Of a stretch of DNA of 64,000 nt, positions 38,453 to 48,646 are shown piece after piece. The DNA comes from an uncultured virus (IMG/VR IMGVR_UViG_3300037010_000217). Lineage: Duplodnaviria > Heunggongvirae > Uroviricota > Caudoviricetes. Location: IMG/VR virus record IMGVR_UViG_3300037010_000217. One strand, written 5' to 3'. How positions within the stretch are numbered: the stretch's first letter is position 1; each line of letters opens with the position of its first letter. The translations under genes and the position numbers were made by a program. The notes under the pieces are model-generated. The model was not told the origin of the DNA and searched no databases. It was given only the letters and a program-made list of their open reading frames with translations.

Positions 38453-41019
38453 AAATTTTCCAAATACTCTGTTATATATTCAATTGAAGCATCATTAGGA
38501 ATAGTCTTACCATTAGCCCATGTAGTACCAATGTCTAACTCTGCACCTAACAGTACTTCTGTACTTTTAATTGCTGGATCTTCTTGCCAACTCATAACCT
38601 CAATAAGGTTCTGATTAAGCCAGTAAATAATCTCAGGATCTTTCTTAACAATGAAGTAAGCTGCATCATGAATACAGTTAGACATGAGAATATCGCTAGT
38701 TAAGTTATCCCTACGTAAACGCTGATCTAACTCAATAAGTGCTCTGTTTAACAACATACCATAAGACTGACTTTCAGCATTGTTAATAGTCCTTCCTTCA
38801 GCAGCAGCTAATGCGGGTAAGTTCTTTACATTCATCACTGTATTTTTAAGGATAGGAGTTCTTAGACGTAAACCAAAAGCTAAATCTGTGTATCCTTTAC
38901 GTGAAGCTTGTAAGTTAACATAAGCAGCATGAGTATTAGATACTTCATACATACGATGATATCTAGCTTCAGTACTTTCAGCCTCTTCTCTACTAAAACC
39001 TAGGTTTTTTACTAGAGTTTTCCAACTACCGCCATACTGTAAAGCAAAGGTAGGTGACTTACTTCTAGAACGTAAAGACTTATACTTTTCAGCAATAGAG
39101 TTAATACTTTCTGGATCTGTTGGATCAATACCTTCCATCTGATCGCCATAATAGGTATAAGCATTCAGACTATGAGAATCATAACCTTCAGCAAATACTT
39201 TAATTTTATTTGGATCTTTTGTTAGTAGAGCATTAATTTTTGCTTCTAAAGCTGCAAAGTCTGCATATACAAATAAGTAACCTTCTGGAGCTACAAAGCA
39301 TTCTTTTACAGGTTTACCCCATGCAGAATTGCTAGGTAGGTTCTGAAGGTTTGGTTCCCCACTACTATATCTACCTGATACAGTCCCTGTAGACTTAAGG
39401 TTACCATTAAGCCAAACAGTGTCGTTAAACTCTGTAGGAGCTTTTCTAGTAAACGCATAAGATTCAAAGGCACTAATGAATGTATTAATGACAGTACTTG
39501 TTTCAGATACCCCAATAATACTATCTAGTAACTGTAAATGAGGTTGTGCTAACTCATGGTCTTTGAGACGTTTGATTACTTTAGATGAAGTACTAGGAGC
39601 ACCTGATTTAGTAGTATCTAGTATAGGAAGTTTTAACACATCATACAGCAACATACTTAACTGATCATCAGAGTTAGGATTGAATGGATCATTGAAGTCA
39701 GACAGTGGTCTGATTTTCTTTTTAAGCTTAGAATTAGCATTACGCCATTTAGCTACATTGTTCATATGTCTAGCTTGCTGAACATAAGTATTATTAGCAA
39801 TCTGCGATGCATATTTAAGGTTAAGTAAAGTAAGTTTATCTTTAGTCTTAGATACTTGCTTCATATTCATTGGTAGACCTACAAGCATCATTTTTAATGA
39901 TATTCTAAGAGTAGGTATAGCCATAGAATAGTAAAAATCCATCTGATCATCATTCACCATCACAGGATAGTACTTGTTATATACATACCAAGTAGCTAAA
40001 CAGTCTGTGAGGTTGTATTCTAATAATCTAGATTTATCTACTAATCGAATGTCTTTAACATCTTCTGCGTAGTCACCTACGTAATCATAAGCAAGTTCTT
40101 TTAAGCCAAGAGGAGCATCTGCAGTAGAGTTAGTAGCTAAGAATGCCACTACCATTGAATCATGGATATCACTAAAGACTTCAAGACCTCTCTCTAAACC
40201 TTCCCAGTCTGCATCATGTTCCATATACAATTGATAGATTAAAATCTTCGCATCAAATAGAGCATTATGAAAAATAAGCTTACCTTGGTAGGTATCAAAA
40301 AAGTCTTTTAACATACCTCTAATAATGTGATTCTCTTGCATAGACCGTAAACAATCTACTTCAAAGGCTATACCACTATGCAAGTCCCATGCAAATGCAA
40401 TAGTACCAATACCTGCTTTTTCAAAACGTAATGAGAAAGTCTCAATATCACATGTGAGCATAGGCTGTAAGTGTAATTTTTGAAGTTGAGTGTACACATC
40501 AAATAAGTTACTTGGGTAGTAACTATTTTGGATAACACTATGATTAAAGTTACTTTCTTGGTTTGCTAATACTAAACCAGTATATGTAACTAGAGAACGT
40601 TCTAGATCAACAACAGCACTATCATTATGGTAAATCACACCATAGTTCATAGATAAAATTACATTCATATGCTTATAGGGATGGATACTACACTTATGTA
40701 CATATCCTCGAGCTGTAGCAGTTTTTTGGATCCCTGTTAGAAACTTAAAGTAATTACTATCAGCAACAATGATATGTTGAATACCCATAAAATTAAGCAT
40801 CTTTAAAAGATCTGTTACATAAGCTTTACCGTCTTTAGCACTAACTTTACCATCAGTATAGGCTAGCTCAAAAGCAATTATAGTCTTTGGATCAACACCT
40901 AATTTTTCTAAAGGTTTGATGTAGAAGTACTCTAACTGCTGCTTAATCATGTTATCTGACTTGATTAAAATAGCGGTAGTGATACCTGACGTATCAACAT
41001 CAAATGTTATTTGTTTCAT
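38449..41019 (-). CDS. Family A DNA polymerase
   Basis: Exo 'CDIET', 'FHNALFD', 'YNLTD'; pol 'DFAALE', 'RSRSKSPTFALQYGG', 'IHDA'. Confidence 0.95.
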   Translation of the reverse strand: MKQITFDVDTSGITTAILIKSDNMIKQQLEYFYIKPLEKLGVDPKTIIAFELAYTDGKVSAKDGKAYVTDLLKMLNFMGIQHIIVADSNYFKFLTGIQKTATARGYVHKCSIHPYKHMNVILSMNYGVIYHNDSAVVDLERSLVTYTGLVLANQESNFNHSVIQNSYYPSNLFDVYTQLQKLHLQPMLTCDIETFSLRFEKAGIGTIAFAWDLHSGIAFEVDCLRSMQENHIIRGMLKDFFDTYQGKLIFHNALFDAKILIYQLYMEHDADWEGLERGLEVFSDIHDSMVVAFLATNSTADAPLGLKELAYDYVGDYAEDVKDIRLVDKSRLLEYNLTDCLATWYVYNKYYPVMVNDDQMDFYYSMAIPTLRISLKMMLVGLPMNMKQVSKTKDKLTLLNLKYASQIANNTYVQQARHMNNVAKWRNANSKLKKKIRPLSDFNDPFNPNSDDQLSMLLYDVLKLPILDTTKSGAPSTSSKVIKRLKDHELAQPHLQLLDSIIGVSETSTVINTFISAFESYAFTRKAPTEFNDTVWLNGNLKSTGTVSGRYSSGEPNLQNLPSNSAWGKPVKECFVAPEGYLFVYADFAALEAKINALLTKDPNKIKVFAEGYDSHSLNAYTYYGDQMEGIDPTDPESINSIAEKYKSLRSRSKSPTFALQYGGSWKTLVKNLGFSREEAESTEARYHRMYEVSNTHAAYVNLQASRKGYTDLAFGLRLRTPILKNTVMNVKNLPALAAAEGRTINNAESQSYGMLLNRALIELDQRLRRDNLTSDILMSNCIHDAAYFIVKKDPEIIYWLNQNLIEVMSWQEDPAIKSTEVLLGAELDIGTTWANGKTIPNDASIEYITEYLENL

Positions 41020-41058
41020 AGCATACCTTAGATCTGTTTATGGTTATTAATTCAATTA

Positions 41059-41134
41059 TGGTGCGCTTGGAGGGACTCGAACCCCCATAATACGGTGTAG
41101 AAGACCGTTGCATTATCCATTGTGCTACAAGCGC
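41059..41134 (-). tRNA. tRNA-Arg(UCU)
   Basis: Cloverleaf GCGCTTG...CAAGCGCA-CCA; anticodon arm ACGGT-CTTCTAC-ACCGT. Confidence 0.92.
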
Positions 41135-41192
41135 ATCATAAGTAAATTAGAAGCTAGTTTGATAAACCTAAACTAGCAAACGGTTGGAGCAA

Positions 41193-41265
41193 AGCTATTT
41201 AACCCATAGCTAGGACTATTTAACCCATAGTTGGGCATAGTAGCGCTATTTACCCATAGCTGGGG
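41193..41265. repeat. Three tandem hairpin repeats CTATTT(A)ACCCATAG
   Basis: Copies at about 41193-41211, 41215-41231 and 41245-41260. Confidence 0.85.
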
Positions 41266-41275
41266 TACTAAAGGA

Positions 41276-43510
41276 TTACAGCTTACATGCTCCACCAGCA
41301 CAGCCATCATCACTGTCTTGGTTATTACCATCACGAGTGTTATGGTAATAGAGAGTTTTGATGCCTAGCTTGTAAGCGGTAATTAAATCACGAATTAAAA
41401 TGTTCATGGGAACTTTTTCACCTTCAAACCGCATCGGATCATAGTTAGTATTAGTAGATATCGATTGATCGATAAATTTCTGCATAATAGCAACAATCTC
41501 CATATAGCCTGTATTGTCAGGAATATCCCATAGTAACTCATAGTTAACACTATCTACATCTGGAACTACTTGGTTATACGTACCAGATTTACTCGCTTTA
41601 ATAGATACAAGACCTCTAGGAGGTTCTATACCATTAGTTGAGTTAGTTACTGCAGAACTAGTTTCACAAGGCATCTGAGCAGTTACAGTAGAGTTACGCA
41701 ATCCATAGGCTGCAATATTTCTACGTAGCATATCCCAATCTAATAACAGTTCCTGTGTATGAATAGTATCTACATCTTTCTTGTAACGATCAATAGGTAA
41801 AATACCTTTTGAGTATGATGTATTTGAATAGTATTCACAAGCACCTATTTCAAAAGCTAATGTATTACTAGCTTTCAGAAGATAATACTGAAGTGCTTCC
41901 ATAGTTCTATGAACTAAATTATTAGCAGAACCGTTTGAATAGTAAACACCATTCTTCGCTAAATAGTAAGCAAAGTTAGTTACACCAATACCAAGTGATC
42001 TACGAGATTTAGCTTTTAAAGCTGCTTCTTCAGGATAATCTTGATAGTCTAGCAGTGCGTCTAAACCTCTAACCAATAAGTCAGATAAGTGTTCTAATTC
42101 ATACAATCCATCAATAGCACCTAAATTAATAGCTGCTAATGTACATAAAGCAATCTCTTCATCTTCTGTACCCATTGGTTTAGTAGGAAGAGTAATTTCC
42201 ATACACAGATTAGATTGTCTAATTGGATCTACTTGAGCAATAAATGCACTATTAGTATTACAGTGATCTACGTTCTGAATGTAGATACGTCCTGTCTGAG
42301 CACGTTCTTGCATAAGAGTAGCAAATAAAGTTGAAGCTTTAACTACATCCTTACGAATAGAACTATCGTTCTCATATTGCACATATAGACGTTCAAATTC
42401 TTCTTGGTCTTGGAAGAAAGCATCATACAATCCAGGTACATCACTAGGACTGAATAGAGTAATGACCCCATTTGTTAACAAACGTTGATACATAAGTTTA
42501 TTTAGTTGTACGCCATAATCACTACCTCGAATACGAGTTTCTTCAGTACCTCTGTTATTTTTAAGAACTAACAGATCCATGATATCTAATCGCCATAATG
42601 GGTAGAACATAGTAGCACTACCCCCACGAATAGCTCCCTGTGAGCAGCTTTTAACAGCTGAATGGAAGTGTTTCATAAATGGAATTACACCAGTATGCCT
42701 AGCATCCCCATTACGAATCTTAGAACCTTCAGTACGAATACGTCCTACGTTAAGACCAATACCTGCCTTTTGAGAGATATAGTTAATAACTGCTGCTGCT
42801 GTAGCATTAATTGACTTCAGAGAATCATCTGATTCAATTAAGACACATGAACTGAATTGACGTGTAGGAGTTCTTACACCCCCCATAATAGGTGTAGGTA
42901 AGCTGATCTTGTGAAGTGATACTGCATCATAGAAAGCTTTAACAAAGAACATTCTAGAAGCTCTAGGGTATCTTCCAAATAGTGTTGCAGCAATCATCAT
43001 ATAAGCTGCTTGAGGAGTCTCATAATGTTGACCTGTAACACGATCTTGTACCAAATACTTAGTAAGTAGTTGAATTGTTGCAGCATAGCTAAATAAGTAA
43101 TCACGATCATAATCAATATGATCAGCTAACTCATTAAGCTCATCTGTAGAATACAGTTCCAACACTTCTGGATCATACTTACCTAGTACTACGTTAGACT
43201 TAACTACATCAGTGAAGTAAGCTGGATTATTACTGTTATGTACACGCTTTCTTAAAGCCATCATAGCAAGCTTAGCTGCCATATACTGATAGTCAGGTTC
43301 TTGAGCACTAATCAAATCAGCAGCTGATTTAATCAATAGCTCATGAATAGTATCAGTACTGATACCATCAGTTAACTGAATATGTGCTTTTAGAGCAACT
43401 TCGGATACAGATACATCTAATCCTTCAGCTGCCCATGAAAGTACATTTTCAATCTTCTTGATATCTAATGGCTCTGATTCGCCATTTCTTTTTACTACAT
43501 TAATTATCAC
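41276..43510 (-). CDS. nrdA: Ribonucleotide reductase class Ia alpha subunit
   Basis: ATP cone, 'QFSSCVL', 'SNLCMEI', C-terminal 'CAGGACKL'. Confidence 0.96.
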   Translation of the reverse strand: MIINVVKRNGESEPLDIKKIENVLSWAAEGLDVSVSEVALKAHIQLTDGISTDTIHELLIKSAADLISAQEPDYQYMAAKLAMMALRKRVHNSNNPAYFTDVVKSNVVLGKYDPEVLELYSTDELNELADHIDYDRDYLFSYAATIQLLTKYLVQDRVTGQHYETPQAAYMMIAATLFGRYPRASRMFFVKAFYDAVSLHKISLPTPIMGGVRTPTRQFSSCVLIESDDSLKSINATAAAVINYISQKAGIGLNVGRIRTEGSKIRNGDARHTGVIPFMKHFHSAVKSCSQGAIRGGSATMFYPLWRLDIMDLLVLKNNRGTEETRIRGSDYGVQLNKLMYQRLLTNGVITLFSPSDVPGLYDAFFQDQEEFERLYVQYENDSSIRKDVVKASTLFATLMQERAQTGRIYIQNVDHCNTNSAFIAQVDPIRQSNLCMEITLPTKPMGTEDEEIALCTLAAINLGAIDGLYELEHLSDLLVRGLDALLDYQDYPEEAALKAKSRRSLGIGVTNFAYYLAKNGVYYSNGSANNLVHRTMEALQYYLLKASNTLAFEIGACEYYSNTSYSKGILPIDRYKKDVDTIHTQELLLDWDMLRRNIAAYGLRNSTVTAQMPCETSSAVTNSTNGIEPPRGLVSIKASKSGTYNQVVPDVDSVNYELLWDIPDNTGYMEIVAIMQKFIDQSISTNTNYDPMRFEGEKVPMNILIRDLITAYKLGIKTLYYHNTRDGNNQDSDDGCAGGACKL

Positions 43511-44601
43511 AAACTCATACCTCCAAATAAAGAGCTGTCGATTGTACTATCAACCGCACCTGTAAGGTAAGAGCTAATTTCTGTCTCTTGAGGAGCTACT
43601 TGCACTGTATCTGAATTTAAGTATTTGTTAATCCAAGGGATTGGATTCTTTTTCTTATCTCCAGAATAGTTTGTAACTACCCCAATAGCTTTCATACGAA
43701 TGTCAGCTATGTAACGGATGTACTGTGTGAGAATTTCTGCATTAAGACCTAAAACTGGACCCTTACTAAATAAGTACTCTGCCCAAGCAGTCTCTTGCTC
43801 AATTATAGCGTCCATAGTTGCTCTAATCCAAGCAGAGTTAGCATTTACTGTCCTAGTCCATAACTCTCCTTCAGAGCCATTTGCAAGTGTTGTAATGATA
43901 TTCTGAACTGCACTCATATGAAGACTTTCATCCCTAGCAATAAGAGTGATAATCTTAGAGTTACCTTCCATTAATGAACGTTCATTAAAACTAAATGAAC
44001 AAGCAAATGATACATAGAATCTAACCGATTCAAGTGCATACACACTAAACAAAGTTCTGTATATCTGAGTCATCTGTTTTAGTTTCATAATGCCAGGTGT
44101 TGTATTCATCTGGATCAGTAAGTCATACTCCTTACCAACACTAGCAGCTCTTTCTAAAATTTCACTAATAGATGTAATTTCATCAAGTACCTCAGTAGGG
44201 TTAGGGTACACATTACGAATAATGTGAGTATAACTTCTACTATGGATAGTTTCGCTAAATGCCCATGTTTCAATCCAAGTCTCTAATTCAGGCAGACTAA
44301 CGATAGGTAGAAATGCTAGATTAGGACTACGACCTTGTACCGAATCTAAGAGGATCTGGTATTTAAGATTACTAGTAAACATATGCTGTTCAGCTTCTGT
44401 AAGCTTATTAAAGTCGTGTTTATCTTTAGTCAGATCAATCTCTTCTGGTCTCCAGAAAAAGCTTAATTGACGCTCTGTAAACTTATCAATCCAAGGATAT
44501 TTCATAGCATCATAGCGAGCTACATCTACTCCTTCACCTAGAAACATTGGCTGCTCTAGGTGTGATGTTTCTGTTGGTTTAAATACACTCATCATACCCA
44601 C
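43507..44601 (-). CDS. nrdB: Ribonucleotide reductase class Ia beta subunit
   Basis: 'FFWRPEE', 'ETIHSRSY', 'RDESLH', 'VAPQETEISSY'. Confidence 0.96.
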   Translation of the reverse strand: MGMMSVFKPTETSHLEQPMFLGEGVDVARYDAMKYPWIDKFTERQLSFFWRPEEIDLTKDKHDFNKLTEAEQHMFTSNLKYQILLDSVQGRSPNLAFLPIVSLPELETWIETWAFSETIHSRSYTHIIRNVYPNPTEVLDEITSISEILERAASVGKEYDLLIQMNTTPGIMKLKQMTQIYRTLFSVYALESVRFYVSFACSFSFNERSLMEGNSKIITLIARDESLHMSAVQNIITTLANGSEGELWTRTVNANSAWIRATMDAIIEQETAWAEYLFSKGPVLGLNAEILTQYIRYIADIRMKAIGVVTNYSGDKKKNPIPWINKYLNSDTVQVAPQETEISSYLTGAVDSTIDSSLFGGMSL

Positions 44602-44843
44602 TCATCTGCATTGTATTTCTGTAAATTAGAAGCTCTAGTTTGTTCTAACTCGATTAATAGTTGTACATAGTGAATTACTTTTTGTAGATCCTGTATACCG
44701 TTTTTACTACGCCATCGAGTAATATACTTAATAACATTTCCCTCAATATAAGGAATATTGTTAGCAGTAATATACTCTACAGGTTGAATAGCTAGATTTT
44801 TGTAGTGATCTCCACCTACTTGACTATTAAGCGCAGTTGTCAT
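44592..44843 (-). CDS. DUF3310-like protein
   Basis: 'QVGGDHY', 'GNVIKY..R...KNG.QDL.K..HY'. Confidence 0.85.
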   Translation of the reverse strand: MTTALNSQVGGDHYKNLAIQPVEYITANNIPYIEGNVIKYITRWRSKNGIQDLQKVIHYVQLLIELEQTRASNLQKYNADEWV

Positions 44844-45447
44844 CTTTTGGGTCCTTTAAAGCAAGACTAAAGGCAGGTTCACGATAATTAATTACAGATT
44901 TGAGAATCTTACCTTTATGATAAGTTTTACCATTAATATCCGTACAATCTTCAAGTACCTTGACATACCATAGGTTAGATTCTGCATCGAATAATGCTTC
45001 TGTTTCAACATTTAGAGTTGCATAGTGAGCTACAGTATTAGATGCTTCATATTCATTTTCATCAAACTTACTTAAATTTGATTTAACTACTGCATCTAGA
45101 CAGTAACTGGCTGCTTCTTGTGTAGGCCCAATCAAAGAAATAAGACCCTGAAAAGTAAAGAAAGTTTTACTAGGAGTATCTTCATATTGCAGCTTGATTC
45201 TCAATAGGATAATTGAAGCATACACAAATAGGCAATCACCAATACCATCTAAAACCTCAATAGGATTTTTAGCCAAAACAGCTTGATATAGCTCTTCAAC
45301 TTCTTCATCAAATTGTTTATTTTGGTTTTGTAAGGATTCTTCAATATTATTGTACATACCTGTAATTCGTAGAAAAGTATCAATATCATCTACGTAAGGC
45401 TTGTATAAAAATTCTGCAATATCTGTTAATTTTGTTTCAGATGACAT
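44827..45447 (-). CDS. MazG-like NTP pyrophosphohydrolase
   Basis: 'EEVEEL', 'EVLDGIGD', 'V.KSNLSKF', 'GKILKS'. Confidence 0.75.
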   Translation of the reverse strand: MSSETKLTDIAEFLYKPYVDDIDTFLRITGMYNNIEESLQNQNKQFDEEVEELYQAVLAKNPIEVLDGIGDCLFVYASIILLRIKLQYEDTPSKTFFTFQGLISLIGPTQEAASYCLDAVVKSNLSKFDENEYEASNTVAHYATLNVETEALFDAESNLWYVKVLEDCTDINGKTYHKGKILKSVINYREPAFSLALKDPKDDNCA

Positions 45448-45459
45448 AATTAGTATCCT

Positions 45460-46449
45460 TTAAATATTAGTAAAATCAATTTCATTTAAATACAGTTCAG
45501 CATATTGTGAATTAGTACTAAGAATTTGATGGATATTTTTAGCTACATCTTGGATCTCAAGTTGAGCATGTAAATCTGTGCGATTAAGTACTAACTTAGC
45601 CCAAGAAGCAATAGATCCAGTAAAGATAATACTAGTTTCCATAGCTTGCGGTAATGCGAATCTGGCTTGCTCAGGTGCTATACCATCAGCAATCATATTG
45701 TCATATAAAGCCAAATTCTCTTTGTAATGGTATTTCATAGCATTATTCCACATAGTACTATTAGGATGAACTCCAGTACTACCTTGTTTAATACTACCTT
45801 CTGGTTTAGCTCGTAGTTCTTCAAATAGGTGTACTGTAGGACTAGCAGATACATACCTACGACTGATCTCATTAGTATCAAACATACGATGTGTAAATAG
45901 CTGTCTAGCTACAGGAATAGCACATGTAATACGTAAGCTTACATCTACCATTTCAGCTGTTAAAGGAAAGTGATAAGCAGAATTGCAATCTATAATCTTC
46001 GCTACAATTCCTTGCTGTATTTCTAAAGGTAAATTAGGATTATCTGTTAAGTTATAAGCTTCATTTGAATACTTTAGTTTAGATTTACCTAAGAGTAACT
46101 TAGTAATACTATTACTTGCAAAAGTACTTAGGTGTCCTGAACTAATTAAACGAATCCATCCATAGTAAGAAGTACGAAATAGTAACTTCTGTTCTGATTC
46201 ATAGTAATCCCATACAGATCCTCTTAATAGAGTTGGATCTGTAATAGATTTAAAGTCGATATCATCTTTTTCGAGTACGAATGTAAATCTTACATGGAAA
46301 AACGGACTAATATGCTTATGAGTAGCAAGATACTTAATTAATCCTGCATCTCGTTCTTGAGGTTCTGTACTCCATTTATCAAAGCTAACTCTAGCTACAT
46401 TTGCGATAAATGTATCATCCTGTGTATTTTCAAGTAATTCTACTTTCAT
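45460..46449 (-). CDS. thyX: Flavin-dependent thymidylate synthase
   Basis: 'ARVSF', 'H.SPF', 'VARQLFTHR...NEISRRYV', 'EQARFALP', 'HAQLEIQ'. Confidence 0.9.
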   Translation of the reverse strand: MKVELLENTQDDTFIANVARVSFDKWSTEPQERDAGLIKYLATHKHISPFFHVRFTFVLEKDDIDFKSITDPTLLRGSVWDYYESEQKLLFRTSYYGWIRLISSGHLSTFASNSITKLLLGKSKLKYSNEAYNLTDNPNLPLEIQQGIVAKIIDCNSAYHFPLTAEMVDVSLRITCAIPVARQLFTHRMFDTNEISRRYVSASPTVHLFEELRAKPEGSIKQGSTGVHPNSTMWNNAMKYHYKENLALYDNMIADGIAPEQARFALPQAMETSIIFTGSIASWAKLVLNRTDLHAQLEIQDVAKNIHQILSTNSQYAELYLNEIDFTNI

Positions 46450-47207
46450 TTCTTTTTTCCTAGTCTGCTGGATTTATACTGTTCGAGTTCTTCGTATGTA
46501 TCAAAGTACGTATGAATATAAGCATTCTCATCATTTATGTAGCTTAAATAGCTTGCTATAAGCTCTTTAAAATTTGCTGTGTTCAATAATCTTTCAAATA
46601 CTACTTCTGTAGCATTATTGCTAAGATAACTAGATACATCTGTAACATAAGCAACTGTATTTACATTACTCAAATTGTTATTCAATTTTTTATTATTATT
46701 TCGCATATGTACCAATTCTTGGATATTGTTTTTAATCCAAGCATTCACATATTTAAGATTAATAATAGAATGTGTCCATTTAGATACTACAGGAGTTAGA
46801 AGATTTCCTGAAGCATCCCAAGTCATATCTCCAAGTTTTAGATTCTCAGCAAGATATGTTTTTTCTACTATGGTTTTTCTGTCAATAGGATCTTTATACG
46901 AAAGTACAATGACACTTTCAGTTTTAAATTTATCGTTATAGAAAAATCCATTTGGAGTAAAAATATAATTTATACTGCCTGGATAAGAGTTCTTAACTAA
47001 TGTATAAGAATTACGTGTAGAAATTGATACTAACTTATCATTACGATATTGTTTAATTGATCCGTCATTTTCGCAGTATCTAGATACACAGTAATTTTTT
47101 ACAGTATTTGTTGTGTAATCCATTTCAGATGCATGGATACGTTGCATGACAAAATTATTATGAATGTTTAAACCATCTTCAAATGTAGATAAATTTAAAA
47201 AATGCAT
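46446..47207 (-). CDS. Hypothetical Asn/Tyr-rich protein
   Basis: 253-aa ORF with AAGGA RBS. Confidence 0.65.
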   Translation of the reverse strand: MHFLNLSTFEDGLNIHNNFVMQRIHASEMDYTTNTVKNYCVSRYCENDGSIKQYRNDKLVSISTRNSYTLVKNSYPGSINYIFTPNGFFYNDKFKTESVIVLSYKDPIDRKTIVEKTYLAENLKLGDMTWDASGNLLTPVVSKWTHSIINLKYVNAWIKNNIQELVHMRNNNKKLNNNLSNVNTVAYVTDVSSYLSNNATEVVFERLLNTANFKELIASYLSYINDENAYIHTYFDTYEELEQYKSSRLGKKK

Positions 47208-47253
47208 GGTTAATTCCTTTCATTAAGATTTATTTAAAAACACTATAAATTGT

Positions 47254-47391
47254 TTAAGAAAATTTTCCTAAAATAAAACCAATTACCAGTGCTAGTGTGA
47301 CTGTAATTCTATTATGAAGTGCAGTTTGTTTTAGTTGATTTTCTAAGTTAACTATTTTCTGTTTAAGAGTTGTTCTAGTTGACCTATACAC
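47254..47391 (-). CDS. 45-aa protein with C-terminal TM, missing from the ORF track
   Basis: GGAGG RBS, GTG start; ...QKIVNLENQLKQTALHNRITVTLALVIGFILGKFS. Confidence 0.6.
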   Translation of the reverse strand: MYRSTRTTLKQKIVNLENQLKQTALHNRITVTLALVIGFILGKFS

Positions 47392-47592
47392 TTAATTTAC
47401 CTCCTTTTTCCTACAGTTAGTACATTTCCATCCTTTAACCATCTTATTACTAGTCTTAGGTTGGTGTGATTTACAAGACTCACAGTAACGTAATGATCTG
47501 TTAGAATTGAATGTATAAGGTTTGATTACTGGTTTAGGTTTAGTAATGATGTATTTATGAACATCCATTTCATACACATGTTTTCGTTCCAT
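47392..47592 (-). CDS. Small Zn-ribbon protein
   Basis: CESC...CTNC; start at MERKH avoids overlap with the upstream gene. Confidence 0.6.
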   Translation of the reverse strand: MERKHVYEMDVHKYIITKPKPVIKPYTFNSNRSLRYCESCKSHQPKTSNKMVKGWKCTNCRKKEVN

Positions 47593-47593
47593 A

Positions 47594-47983
47594 TTAGTAA
47601 CGCTCAATATTCCGTGATATATACCAACGATGTTCAGCATTACTACTAGATGCTGAAGTAATATCGGAATAATCTTCACCTAAAGTAATCAATTCGTAAG
47701 CTACTTGTATACCTAATTCACATAATTCTTCAAGTTTAGTGACTAAGGTATTTACATTTTCTTCAATCCAATAGTACTTAATACACTCTGAATAATAGAG
47801 TATCGATTCACTTTCTAAAGATAGATCTAGATTTACATTCAAGCTATTACTTTCTAACTTAATTATAAACTTATCTATCACGTCTTTTAGTGTCAATGCA
47901 ATAGTAGTAGCTACAGCTTCCTTTTCTTCATCAGTTTTAGCTACTGAGTACACATCTAATACTACATCTGTGTAATATCCCAT
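47594..47983 (-). CDS. Hypothetical phage protein
   Basis: 'MGYYTDV...LGEDYSD' pattern; GAGG RBS. Confidence 0.65.
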   Translation of the reverse strand: MGYYTDVVLDVYSVAKTDEEKEAVATTIALTLKDVIDKFIIKLESNSLNVNLDLSLESESILYYSECIKYYWIEENVNTLVTKLEELCELGIQVAYELITLGEDYSDITSASSSNAEHRWYISRNIERY

Positions 47984-47996
47984 ATTAATACCTCAA

Positions 47997-48266
47997 CTAT
48001 TCTTGAGCAGTTTGCTTATTAGATACATAAGGTGGTAGATCTTTCAGTAAAGTAGCTAAAAAAGCTGATGTAATAAATGCGTTATAATCATTATCACTCA
48101 AATCTTCTACAGTTTCTAAACTTAAAGATGCACTTGTAGCTTGTAAAGTATTGATAGCATTCTGCAATCTTGTAAAACGACTAGGAAGAAATTTACGCAT
48201 TTCTTGGAGTTCTAATTCAATAATTTGCTCTAACTGTAGTAGAGCTTTTTGTTGTTCTTTATTCAT
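47997..48266 (-). CDS. Hypothetical protein
   Basis: Co-oriented ORF. Confidence 0.6.
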   Translation of the reverse strand: MNKEQQKALLQLEQIIELELQEMRKFLPSRFTRLQNAINTLQATSASLSLETVEDLSDNDYNAFITSAFLATLLKDLPPYVSNKQTAQE

Positions 48267-48277
48267 ATTAATTCCAT

Positions 48278-48646
48278 TTAGGTTCTTGTTATTGATTTAT
48301 GTAAACTGATTACCATACCAATAGTTAACGTATTAGTATTAGTAGGTATTTTTAATGTAGATATTTCTTCCATAGTAGACCAACTGTTTTTGGTAGACAA
48401 GGAACAATAGCCATATAATTTAAAAACTTGATCTCCTAATGAACTTTCTAACATAGTAAAAAATTCTAATAGAGTAGATTTCCATACACTATCCACGCTA
48501 AAATCTTTAAGTAGTGCTCTACGAACATTAGCAACAACTCTATGATCATAATGAACTGTATAGGTATACAAATCTACAGGTTGCCCTAAAGCTTTTAGTA
48601 CTTTAAAGTACTCGATGAGTTCTTCAACTTGCTGATTGTATTTCAA
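48278..48646 (-). CDS. Hypothetical protein
   Basis: AAGGAG RBS, TTG start. Confidence 0.6.
   Translation of the reverse strand: MKYNQQVEELIEYFKVLKALGQPVDLYTYTVHYDHRVVANVRRALLKDFSVDSVWKSTLLEFFTMLESSLGDQVFKLYGYCSLSTKNSWSTMEEISTLKIPTNTNTLTIGMVISLHKSITRT

Noticed and set aside
41193..41265. Mini CRISPR array
   Set aside because: Repeats are about 17-20 bp with spacers of only a few bases; no cas genes
38449..44601. Introns or inteins in DNA polymerase or nrdAB
   Set aside because: ORFs are continuous, of normal length, with no intein signatures seen
44592..46449. DNA hypermodification cluster (DUF3310, MazG-like, ThyX)
   Set aside because: No glycosyltransferase, hydroxymethylase, PurZ or queuosine-pathway genes seen; ordinary dNTP supply explains the set
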